Part shown: positions 1 through 7,760 of the stretch, piece by piece
Layout of the letters: every line of letters starts with the position of its first letter
Numbering within the stretch: position 1 is the first letter of the stretch
DNA from: Candidatus Eiseniibacteriota bacterium
GTDB lineage: Bacteria > Eisenbacteria > RBG-16-71-46
Length of the DNA stretch: 24,970 bases
Direction: 5' to 3'
Assembly (NCBI GenBank): GCA_031364845.1
Contig: JANLWX010000002.1
Location: forward strand, 1-24,970
Position numbers and translations under genes: made by a program
The notes under the pieces: generated by a model
Databases searched by the model: none
Seen by the model: the letters and a program-made list of their open reading frames with translations, nothing else
What the model was told of the DNA's origin: nothing

Positions 1-1844
1 ATCCCGACAAGCCGGACACGCTCTACTTCGGCGGCGACTTCTCGCGGCTGTGGCGGTCGACCGACTTCGGCGCGTCGTGGAGCGAACTGGGTAGCGACAG
101 CGTGTTCCGCAGCCCGTGCGACATCGTCGTGGTGCCCGACAGCTCGAACATCATCCTGGTGGGCGACGGCGTCACCGGCGCGACGAATCCGCCGGCCCAG
201 TACTACAAGTCGACCGATGGCGGGCTGACGTTCGAGTTGAAGCACAGCCGCACGGGAATCGTCGGCGCCTCCGAAGTCCCCGGCATGGCGTGCAGCCGCC
301 AGCGCAACAGCACCATCCTCGGAACCAACTGGAGTGCCGGCGGCGTTCAGCGCAGCCTCGACTACGGAACCACGTGGCCGTCCACGAGCGGCGCCCAGCA
401 GGCATGGGGCGCCGACATCGTGCGCGACGATCCCAATGTACCGGTGTTCGCGCTCTACAGCGGCAACGCCGCGTACTTCTCGTATGACGGCGGCGCGACG
501 TGGACCGCGGTCAGCCTGCTGAACTTCGGCGCCAGCAACGGTGTGTTCGCCCGCGATCGTGACGTCATCATCTTCCAGCAGTCGTCGGCGTACTGGAAGC
601 TCCAGACCACGTATCCGTTCACCGCGTCGGCGGTCCAGTCGCTCAACGTCAGCTCGCCCAATGGCAGTGAGGAGTGGGTCGGCGGCACCGTGCGCAACAT
701 CGTGTGGTCGCAGACCAACGTCGCACTGGTGCGCATCGAGTACCAGAAGACGCCGGCCGATGCGTGGCAGTTCGTCGCCGACGTCCCCGCGGGCAACAAC
801 AGCTACGCGTGGCCGGTTCCCTACGACGACACCTTCGAGGCGAAGATCCGCGTGCGCGACGCGTGGGACCTGAACCCGACCGACGCGAGCGACGCCGAGT
901 TCACGATCAAGACCGCAGCGATCGCCGCCGATCCCGTGTCGCTGTCGTTCGGCCCGCAGTTCAAGGGCAGTGAGACGACGCTCGTGCTCAGCATCGAAAA
1001 TACCGGCGAAGGTGCCCTCAGCATCACGAACGTCACCACCAGTGACGGCGGGTTCACCGAGGGCCGCACCGCATTCTCGATCGCGCCCTTCACCTCCGAC
1101 ACGATCGGTGTCACGTTCCGCCCGATCGGCGGGGCGAACTACGCGGCGACGCTCGACATCACGAGCAACGCGCTCGGCTCGCCGGTGACCTCGGTGCCGC
1201 TCGACGGCTCGTGCCTGGCCGAGCTGTTCAGCGCCTACCCGAGCCCGCTCGACCTGGGCCCCATCAACCCGGGCGCCACCGCGCGCGACACGATCCACAT
1301 CGACAACCCGGGCGGCAACACGCTCACCATCACCAACGTCACGAGCGATCACCCCGAGTTCTATCCGAGCCGCACCGCGTTCACGATTCCCGCCGGCATG
1401 AGCGACACCATCCGCATCAGCTACCACCCGCTGAGCGGCGGCTCCGACGCGGCCACCATCTCGATCGTCGCGAGCGACACCACGCTCGCGCACGAAATCC
1501 CGGTGACCGGCGAAGCGAACTCCAACGTCGCCGTCGAAACGACCGCACCCACCGCGTTCGCACTCGGGCAGAACCAGCCGAACCCCTTCGGCCGCGCGAC
1601 CCAGATTCGCTACGGCCTTCCGAAGGCCGCAGACGTTCGGCTGGAGGTGTTCAACCTGCAGGGCCGCCGCGTTGCGACGCTGGTGCACGAGTTCCAGTCC
1701 GCCGGCTGGTACACGGTGCCGTTCGGACACGGGGCCGCAGGCGCGGGCGGCGTCCGGCTGGAGGCGATGCCGAGCGGCGTATATTTCTATCGGTTGAACG
1801 CGGGAACGTTCTCGAGCACGCGCAAGATGCTGTACGTGAGATGA
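1..1844 (+). CDS. Secreted multidomain protein, 5'-truncated: BNR/Asp-box beta-propeller, Ig-like and two ASH/choice-of-anchor-D-like domains, C-terminal FlgD-Ig/T9SS type A-like sorting domain
   Basis: Frame is open from position 3 (PDKPDTLYFGGD...). Asp-boxes STDFGASW, STDGGLTF, SLDYGTTW, SYDGGATW; SPNGSEEW motif; two IENTG/IDNPG..LxITNV repeats; C-terminus LGQNQPNPF...LEVFNLQGRRVATLV...SGVYFYRL...RKM. Confidence 0.85.
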   Translation, partial: PDKPDTLYFGGDFSRLWRSTDFGASWSELGSDSVFRSPCDIVVVPDSSNIILVGDGVTGATNPPAQYYKSTDGGLTFELKHSRTGIVGASEVPGMACSRQRNSTILGTNWSAGGVQRSLDYGTTWPSTSGAQQAWGADIVRDDPNVPVFALYSGNAAYFSYDGGATWTAVSLLNFGASNGVFARDRDVIIFQQSSAYWKLQTTYPFTASAVQSLNVSSPNGSEEWVGGTVRNIVWSQTNVALVRIEYQKTPADAWQFVADVPAGNNSYAWPVPYDDTFEAKIRVRDAWDLNPTDASDAEFTIKTAAIAADPVSLSFGPQFKGSETTLVLSIENTGEGALSITNVTTSDGGFTEGRTAFSIAPFTSDTIGVTFRPIGGANYAATLDITSNALGSPVTSVPLDGSCLAELFSAYPSPLDLGPINPGATARDTIHIDNPGGNTLTITNVTSDHPEFYPSRTAFTIPAGMSDTIRISYHPLSGGSDAATISIVASDTTLAHEIPVTGEANSNVAVETTAPTAFALGQNQPNPFGRATQIRYGLPKAADVRLEVFNLQGRRVATLVHEFQSAGWYTVPFGHGAAGAGGVRLEAMPSGVYFYRLNAGTFSSTRKMLYVR

Positions 1845-1849
1845 CGATG

Positions 1850-1868
1850 CGCGGCGCGATGCGCCGCG
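1850..1868 (+). terminator. GC-rich hairpin after the first gene (no U-tract)
   Basis: CGCGGCGC-gat-GCGCCGCG starting 6 nt after the stop codon. Confidence 0.4.
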
Positions 1869-1923
1869 GTGCCCAGGTCATGACCTTGAAACACAAACCC
1901 CACCCACGGACGGGGAGTCTCCG

Positions 1924-2388
1924 ATGCTCGATGCGCTGAAGTCACTGTTCACCCGCCACGCCGCCGCCGAAGGCGTCACGGCGCCGGCCGCCTCCGCCAC
2001 GCAGCCCGACTCCGGCCTGCGCGTCGCCGCATGCGCCCTGTTGCTCGAGATGGCGCACGCCGACAGCGAGTTCAGCGCCGAAGAACGCACGCACATCGAG
2101 GCCGTGCTCGAACGCCACTTCGACCTGGATCCCGACACCGCGCGCGAATTGATCGAAGTCGCCGAACGCGAACGCCGCGACGCCACCGACCTCCACCAGT
2201 TCACCGCGATCATCAACCGCCACTACGACGAAGGCCAGCGCATGGTCCTGGCCGAGCTCCTGTGGCGCGTGGTGTACGCCGACGGCGAGCTGTCGCGGCA
2301 CGAGGACTATCTGTCGCGCAAGATCGCGAATCTCCTCGAGCTGCGGCCGGGGTTTTTGGCGGAAGCGAGGAACCGGGCGAGAGGGTAG
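1924..2388 (+). CDS. TerB family (tellurite resistance-like) protein
   Basis: AACALLLEMAHADSEFSAEE and LWRVVYADGELSRHEDYLSRKIANLL motifs; GGGGAG RBS upstream. Confidence 0.9.
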   Translation: MLDALKSLFTRHAAAEGVTAPAASATQPDSGLRVAACALLLEMAHADSEFSAEERTHIEAVLERHFDLDPDTARELIEVAERERRDATDLHQFTAIINRHYDEGQRMVLAELLWRVVYADGELSRHEDYLSRKIANLLELRPGFLAEARNRARG

Positions 2389-2406
2389 GGGAGAGCGGAC
2401 GCCCGA

Positions 2407-3795
2407 TCACCGTGCCCCGTGTGCACTGGCCCCGGGGCCAGTTGCTGCCTGCCTCAGCGCATACGTGCGTCCTCTCGCACCGAGAAACTTGAGCGAGGCG
2501 CGCAGCCGCTCTTCGATCGGAAGATCCGCGTCGGTTGCGCACTGTCGTACAGCGAGTTGCGCCTGGTCCGATCGGAATCCGAGCCCCTTGAGGCAGTGCA
2601 CGAGATCGAGCTCGATATTGCGTTCCGACTCCGCTCGTTCATGGGCCGCATGTGCATCTGCTGTGCGCGCTTCTGCTGCGCGGAGTTCGTGTAGATCTCG
2701 TTCAGTTGGCGCGCCTGCTGCGCGCACCGATTCTTCGTCGCCAACTATCGACGCCGCGCCGGCCGCGATCACATCCTTGCGCTCGGCCGCGCGTTGCCGC
2801 GCATCTTCGCGTTTTCGCTCCATGAATCCAGCGCCGAATACTTGTTCGGCCACATATTGATTGTGCACCCGGCAAAGCAAGCGCATTCCGTCGATCGTCG
2901 CCTCGCCGCCGCAGGCGACCGGGTCAACGTGGTCGAACTCGAGCAATTTCACCGAGGTACAGCGCTGGCCGGACTCGCTCACAAACGTGCAGCGATCCCG
3001 ATCGCGTTCCCGCACGGCGCGCTTCACGTGCGCTGGGATTGAGCGCGGATCCGTCGACGTCTTGCCGCGCGCGGTGCGCGGCCGGGAAGTCGCGGCGAAC
3101 TTGGTCTTTTCGAGTTTGTTGATCAGGGCGTCAAGCGCGCGCTCGAACACTTCAGGAATGCCACCGCTCGGAACCGTATGGCTGAGCAGCGACTGCGCGT
3201 AGCGCAACTTGTCGTGCGCTTCCTGACCCATGGTGAACTGGACGGCGAATCGCTCGGGCGCCAGCGGTGTCACCCTGGGATGAGGCGTTTCAACTGGCCC
3301 CGGGGCCAGTGGGTTCGAGGACGAGTCTGTGGAGTGCTCGATGAGTGTCGGCGACACAGAGACCACGGCAATCCGCGTTGCAACGTCCTGCCGCGGAAAT
3401 CGCTCTGCCAGCAGTGCTTCGATTTCAGCCTTCGTCTTGCGCCCTGCCGCAGTGAGCAGTTCTGCCGCGTTCTCCGTCGTCAGGTGGGAGGCGAGCAAGT
3501 ACGCCCCGCTCAGGTGGAGCCGGCCTTCTGCAATGTCCAGGAAGATGGCAGGGAACTCCCGTGCCTTGCGCGCCACGCGGATCCGCTTGTTCGCCGCGTC
3601 CTCCGAGAGGCCCAGAACGTGCACGCAATACGAATGCATCGAAGGATGTGCCTCAGGCACAAACAGCCTGCGTACATCGAACTCCGCGATGTGGGCGAGC
3701 ACGATGCCCGTGGACATGGAGTCGTTGGAGATCACCGTGGTGAGGCCACACTTGAGCGTGTGATCGGCGAGATGAGACAGGGCGTACCAATTCAT
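2407..3795 (-). CDS. HNH endonuclease with DUF222-like N-terminus and RuvA C-terminal-like domain
   Basis: GGAGGA RBS before ATG at 3795. N-terminal LAHIAEFD..RLF..SMHSYC..LGLSEDAANKRI; HNH/Zn module RDRDRC..RC..LEFDHVDPVACGG..LLCRVHN; C-terminal LKGLGF..A..AV..IEERLRASLKFL. Confidence 0.85.
   Translation of the reverse strand: MNWYALSHLADHTLKCGLTTVISNDSMSTGIVLAHIAEFDVRRLFVPEAHPSMHSYCVHVLGLSEDAANKRIRVARKAREFPAIFLDIAEGRLHLSGAYLLASHLTTENAAELLTAAGRKTKAEIEALLAERFPRQDVATRIAVVSVSPTLIEHSTDSSSNPLAPGPVETPHPRVTPLAPERFAVQFTMGQEAHDKLRYAQSLLSHTVPSGGIPEVFERALDALINKLEKTKFAATSRPRTARGKTSTDPRSIPAHVKRAVRERDRDRCTFVSESGQRCTSVKLLEFDHVDPVACGGEATIDGMRLLCRVHNQYVAEQVFGAGFMERKREDARQRAAERKDVIAAGAASIVGDEESVRAAGAPTERDLHELRAAEARTADAHAAHERAESERNIELDLVHCLKGLGFRSDQAQLAVRQCATDADLPIEERLRASLKFLGARGRTYALRQAATGPGASAHGAR
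2425..2442. repeat. 18-bp perfect palindrome ACTGGCCCCGGGGCCAGT, copy 1 (3' end of HNH gene)
   Basis: Read directly; identical to the copies at 3293 and 4142. Confidence 0.95.
3285..3333. repeat. 49-bp inverted-repeat arm A, inside the HNH CDS, containing palindrome copy 2 (3293-3310)
   Basis: Reverse complement matches 4119-4167 at 45/49 nt by manual alignment; encodes STDSSSNPLAPGPVET. Confidence 0.95.
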
Positions 3796-3853
3796 GGCTC
3801 CTCCGCGCATGCAGACAACGCATCGATCGCGGGGGCGATGAATGACGGTCATG

Positions 3854-3908
3854 ATTCTAACGCACGTGTATTCGGCGCTCAGGGATCGACGGAGATCGCG
3901 CCGAATAC
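3854..3908 (-). promoter_or_regulatory. Putative HNH gene promoter: -10 TAGAAT plus an 11-bp inverted repeat over the spacer/-35 region
   Basis: TAGAAT at 3859-3854 on the minus strand; GTATTCGGCGC (3868-3878) pairs with GCGCCGAATAC (3898-3908). Confidence 0.5.
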
Positions 3909-4118
3909 GTCGACACGAAATTTCTCTCGTGCGAGGAGTCGCGACTTGCCCGCTCGCATGCCACGCACGATGGCGCGAAACGGCGCAGACCTCCGCGACA
4001 CTGCGTTGAAGCTTGCCCGCAAGCCGTCAAGCAAAGTCTTCGACAAGCGTTGGACCTGAAGCCCTGCGTTCCCCATCGAGTTCATGAGTGCCGTGCGTCG
4101 CTCGAACATGAGCCGGAG

Positions 4119-4167
4119 TCCACCAACTCGTCGTCGAACCAACTGGCCCCGGGGCCAGTTGAAACGC
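4119..4167. repeat. 49-bp inverted-repeat arm B, intergenic, containing the 22-bp palindrome CAACTGGCCCCGGGGCCAGTTG (4140-4161)
   Basis: Read directly; pairs with arm A. Confidence 0.95.
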
Positions 4168-4222
4168 ATCGGCATGCTGCGGAGCGCGGGCTCCGAACCG
4201 CGGAGTAGTACTGGGCGCTCCA

Positions 4223-4240
4223 ACACGCCCCGGGGCATGT
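4223..4240. repeat. Degenerate palindrome copy 4, ACACGCCCCGGGGCATGT
   Basis: Same GCCCCGGGGC core and 18-bp length; one mismatched pair. Confidence 0.7.
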
Positions 4241-4251
4241 CGCGATAACCC

Positions 4252-4293
4252 GAAAAGAAACGGCGCCCGATCCCACTCAGGGAACGGACGCCG
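4252..4293 (-). terminator. Rho-independent terminator of the SPOR gene
   Basis: Minus strand CGGCGTCCGTTCCC-tgagt-GGGATCGGGCGCCG followed by TTTCTTTTC. Confidence 0.75.
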
Positions 4294-4332
4294 CCACACG
4301 ATTCGCGACTCTTCCTTCGGAAGCCCCGCGAG

Positions 4333-5013
4333 TTACCTCCGCTTCAGCGTGATCACTCGACTCTCTTTCACGGTTCCCGCGCCCAGCAACTCGGCGCCCT
4401 TCGCTTCGGCCTCGGCACGGCTTTCGAACGAGCCGAGCACCACCTGATACGTGCTGGTACCGCCTTCGACCTTTTCGATCACGGCGCCGTCGAGCGACGT
4501 TGCTCCGGCAAGACGGTCCTTCTCGGTGCCGGCCTTGTCGTCGAACAGGTAGCTGCCGACCACGATGCCGTAACGCGCAGGAGCCGCTGCCGGCGCAGGC
4601 GTCGACGGAGTTTCGCTGCCCGAAGCCAGCGGCGTGGCGCCCGGCTTGGCAATCGGCTTCGCCGCAGGCGTCGGGGTTGTGGGCGTCGATGCCGCGCGCG
4701 CCATGCTGTCGGCCGCCGCCAGTGCCGCCAGCGAATCGGCATATGCGGCCGAGTCCGCCATGGCGCTGGCCGTTGGCGGCGTCTGCGAGGCTTCCGCGGT
4801 CTGGCCGGGATCGGCCTTCTTGGCGCGGCTGCTCAGCAGGAACAGACCGCCGCAGATCACGATCACGGCGATCAATCCGACCACGGCGATCGTGGCGCCA
4901 GGCCCCTTCTCCTCCTCCTCGTAGCGATCCTCCATCTTCGAGCGCAGACGCGCGGAGACGTAGGGTGTGTATTCCTTTTCCGTCGTGTCTTTCGGCGTAT
5001 CGTTCTGATCCAT
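4333..5013 (-). CDS. SPOR domain-containing single-pass membrane protein (FtsN/DedD-like architecture)
   Basis: AAAGGA RBS; one TM helix, Ala/Pro/Thr-rich linker, C-terminal YGIVVGSY...YQVVLGSFESRAEAE. Confidence 0.85.
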   Translation of the reverse strand: MDQNDTPKDTTEKEYTPYVSARLRSKMEDRYEEEEKGPGATIAVVGLIAVIVICGGLFLLSSRAKKADPGQTAEASQTPPTASAMADSAAYADSLAALAAADSMARAASTPTTPTPAAKPIAKPGATPLASGSETPSTPAPAAAPARYGIVVGSYLFDDKAGTEKDRLAGATSLDGAVIEKVEGGTSTYQVVLGSFESRAEAEAKGAELLGAGTVKESRVITLKRR

Positions 5014-5111
5014 GTCGAATTCAGTCCTTTCGGGCACGGCACGCCGGCATGATCCGGCCTGCCCCCGCAGAGGAGGTTGATCCCAGTCGTACGGTCACGA
5101 GGCCAGAGATT

Positions 5112-6014
5112 CTACCGCTTTACGCGGTCCGCCGCGATACCCAATGCGAGCCCTGCGAACACCATTCCCGTTCCCAGCAGGCTCGCGGCCGGGAGCCGTT
5201 CGTGATGGGCGAAAGTGCCCAGCGCGAGTGCCACGATCGGAACGATCACGGCGATGAAACTGATTCGTGACACGATCCAACGATTGACCAGCCATGCATA
5301 GAGGACGAACGCACCGACCGATCCCGCGACCGTCAGGTACACGATCGGCACCCATGCCACCAGCGTCGTCGGGATCACGTGCGGTTCTCGCGTGAGGAAG
5401 CTGCCCGCCAGACACACCGGCAGCCCGACCATGCAGGCTATCGCATTGGCGCCAAACGGTGGTTGGCGCGGACCGCGCTTGAGCATGATGCCCGACAACG
5501 ACGCCGAGATGGCGGCGGTGACCACCGCAAGCATCGGCCCCGCGGGGACGGCGGCCCGGAGCTGACCCGAAAAGATCGCCGTCACGCCGGCGAAGGCGAT
5601 CAGCGCGGCGCCGACCTTGAGCGCGTTGAGCCGCTCGAGTCCGAACATCCGCGCGAACAGCGCTGTGGCGAGCGGGATGATTCCGTAGATCACCGCCGTG
5701 AGTCCCGACGGCACGGACGTCGCGCCCCAGTAGAGCAGGCAGAAGCTGAGGCCGAAGTTGAGGAATCCGAACTGAGCCGCCGCTTTGAGCGCGGCCCCAC
5801 GCGGCAGTCCGCCGCCGGTCACGAACGCGAGAATCGTGAGCAGGATGCCCGCGAGCACCAACCGGATCGAAGCCGCCCACATCGGCGGCAAGGACTCGTT
5901 CCCGATGCTGATCACGAGGAACGTGCTGCCCCAGATCGCCGCGCACGTGAAGAATGCGAGCCAGCTCGTGAACGAGGATGTCGGAGGGGGCGCGGGAGGC
6001 GAGGCGGGGTTCAT
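5112..6014 (-). CDS. EamA/DMT family transporter
   Basis: IWGSTF, LPPMWAASIRLVLAG and YLTVAGSVGAFVLY motifs; about 10 hydrophobic segments. Start moved to ATG 6014 to avoid overlapping pruA. Confidence 0.9.
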   Translation of the reverse strand: MNPASPPAPPPTSSFTSWLAFFTCAAIWGSTFLVISIGNESLPPMWAASIRLVLAGILLTILAFVTGGGLPRGAALKAAAQFGFLNFGLSFCLLYWGATSVPSGLTAVIYGIIPLATALFARMFGLERLNALKVGAALIAFAGVTAIFSGQLRAAVPAGPMLAVVTAAISASLSGIMLKRGPRQPPFGANAIACMVGLPVCLAGSFLTREPHVIPTTLVAWVPIVYLTVAGSVGAFVLYAWLVNRWIVSRISFIAVIVPIVALALGTFAHHERLPAASLLGTGMVFAGLALGIAADRVKR

Positions 6015-6078
6015 GGAGGCCGGAATGTACAGTAGACTCCCGCGGTCCATCACCTGCGACCCCGCCACGGAGGATCCC

Positions 6079-7671
6079 ATGAATCCGACCACGACCCGGC
6101 TTGCTCCGGTCGATCCGAAATCGCTGCCGGCGTACTCGCCGACCACTTACGTCGACTTCAGCCAGCCCGAGCACCGCGCGGCCTTCGAAGCGGCGCTGGC
6201 GCAGGTGCGCGGCGTGCTCGGCCGCGAGTATCCCAACGTGATCGGCGGCGAGCGCGTGAAAGGCGAAGGCACCTTCGATTCGATCAATCCTTCGCGCCCC
6301 GGCGAACTGCTCGGCCGCTTCCAGTCCGGCACCAAGGAGCAGGCGAACCAGGCAATCGATGTTGCGTTCAAGGCGTTCGCGACCTGGAGCCGCGTGCCTG
6401 CGGCCGAGCGCGCGGCCTATCTGATCGAAGCCGCGAAGCGCATGAAGGAACGCCGTCACGTGTTCTCGGCGTGGATGGTGCTCGAAGTCGGAAAGAGCTG
6501 GGCCGAAGCCGACGGCGACACCGCCGAAGCGATCGACTTCATGGAGTTCTACGCGCGCGAAATGCTGCGCTACGACACCCCCGAGCCGCTCGTGCAGATG
6601 CCGGGCGAGCGGGACCATCTCGTTTATCTGCCGCTCGGCGTTGGCGCGATCATCCCGCCGTGGAACTTCCCGCTCGCGATCCTGGTCGGCATGACGACCG
6701 CCGCGATCGTCACCGGCAACACCGTGGTCGTCAAGCCCTCGAGCGATTCACCCGCGATCGCGTGGCAGTTCTTCGCGCTCATGGAAGAGATCGGACTCCC
6801 CGCCGGCGTGTTCAACTTTGTGACCGGCGGTGGCGCCACGGTTGGCGACACCATGGTGCGCCACCCCAAGACGCGCTTCATTTCGTTCACCGGATCGAAG
6901 GCGGTCGGCATCAGCGTGAACCAGCTCGCCGCCGAAGTGCAGCCCGGCCAGATCTGGCTCAAGCGCGTCGTTGCCGAGATGGGCGGCAAGGACGCGATCG
7001 TGGTGGACGAGGAAGCCGACGTCGATGCCGCGGCACTCGGTGTGGCCCAGAGCGCGTTCGGATTCCAGGGCCAGAAGTGCTCCGCGTGCTCGCGCGCGAT
7101 CGTGAGCGAGAAGGTCTACGACGCGTTCCTCGACAAGCTCAAAGGCCACGTCGAGAAGATCACCATCGGTGATCCCGCAGCCTACGGGAACGCGCTCGGG
7201 CCGGTCGTGAACCAGCGCGCCCATGAGTCGATCCTCGGCTACATCGAGAAGGGCAAGAAGGAAGGACGCTTGATCACCGGCGGGAGCAAGGCCGGGAGCG
7301 ACGGCTACTTCATCCAGCCCACCGTGATCGCCGACGTCGCCGCGAACGCGACCATCGCGCAGGAGGAAATCTTCGGCCCGGTGCTCGCCGTGATCAAAGT
7401 GAAGAACTACGACGAAGCGCTCGCGGTCGCCAACGGCACCGAGTACGGATTGACCGGTGCCGTCTACACGAAGAACGCGGAGAAGATCGAGCGCGCGAAG
7501 CGCGAGTTCTTCGTCGGAAATCTCTACATCAACCGCAAGTGCACCGGAGCCATGGTCGGCGCGCATCCGTTCGGCGGCTTCAACATGAGCGGGACGGATT
7601 CCAAGGCGGGTGGGCGGGATTATCTGCTGTTATTTCTGCAGGGGAAGAGTGTGGCGGAGAAGATTGGGTAG
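6079..7671 (+). CDS. pruA: L-glutamate gamma-semialdehyde (delta-1-pyrroline-5-carboxylate) dehydrogenase, RocA/PruA type
   Basis: GGAGGA RBS; PPWNFP, FTGS, AEMGGKD, GFQGQKCSACSR, EEIFGP, GNLYINRKCTGAMVGAHPFGGFNMSGTDSKAGG. Confidence 0.95.
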   Translation: MNPTTTRLAPVDPKSLPAYSPTTYVDFSQPEHRAAFEAALAQVRGVLGREYPNVIGGERVKGEGTFDSINPSRPGELLGRFQSGTKEQANQAIDVAFKAFATWSRVPAAERAAYLIEAAKRMKERRHVFSAWMVLEVGKSWAEADGDTAEAIDFMEFYAREMLRYDTPEPLVQMPGERDHLVYLPLGVGAIIPPWNFPLAILVGMTTAAIVTGNTVVVKPSSDSPAIAWQFFALMEEIGLPAGVFNFVTGGGATVGDTMVRHPKTRFISFTGSKAVGISVNQLAAEVQPGQIWLKRVVAEMGGKDAIVVDEEADVDAAALGVAQSAFGFQGQKCSACSRAIVSEKVYDAFLDKLKGHVEKITIGDPAAYGNALGPVVNQRAHESILGYIEKGKKEGRLITGGSKAGSDGYFIQPTVIADVAANATIAQEEIFGPVLAVIKVKNYDEALAVANGTEYGLTGAVYTKNAEKIERAKREFFVGNLYINRKCTGAMVGAHPFGGFNMSGTDSKAGGRDYLLLFLQGKSVAEKIG

Positions 7672-7760
7672 GGGGGACGGGTTGTCCGGCGGAAAGGCGC
7701 GGAAAGTTCCAGGGCCTGCGCGTTGTCGGCGTGAAGACCTGATCCGGCGCTGCCAGAAAC

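Noticed and set aside
1924..2388. TerB plus HNH as an anti-phage defence operon
   Set aside because: The genes are convergent, and this TerB is the stand-alone type with no ATPase or helicase partners.
3285..4167. 49-bp repeat pair read as a DGR template/variable region
   Set aside because: No reverse transcriptase in the window, the repeat is short, and the four mismatches are not adenine-specific.
2425..4240. Palindromic repeats read as a CRISPR array
   Set aside because: Spacings are irregular (868, 849 and 81 bp), two copies are inside a CDS, and there are no cas genes.
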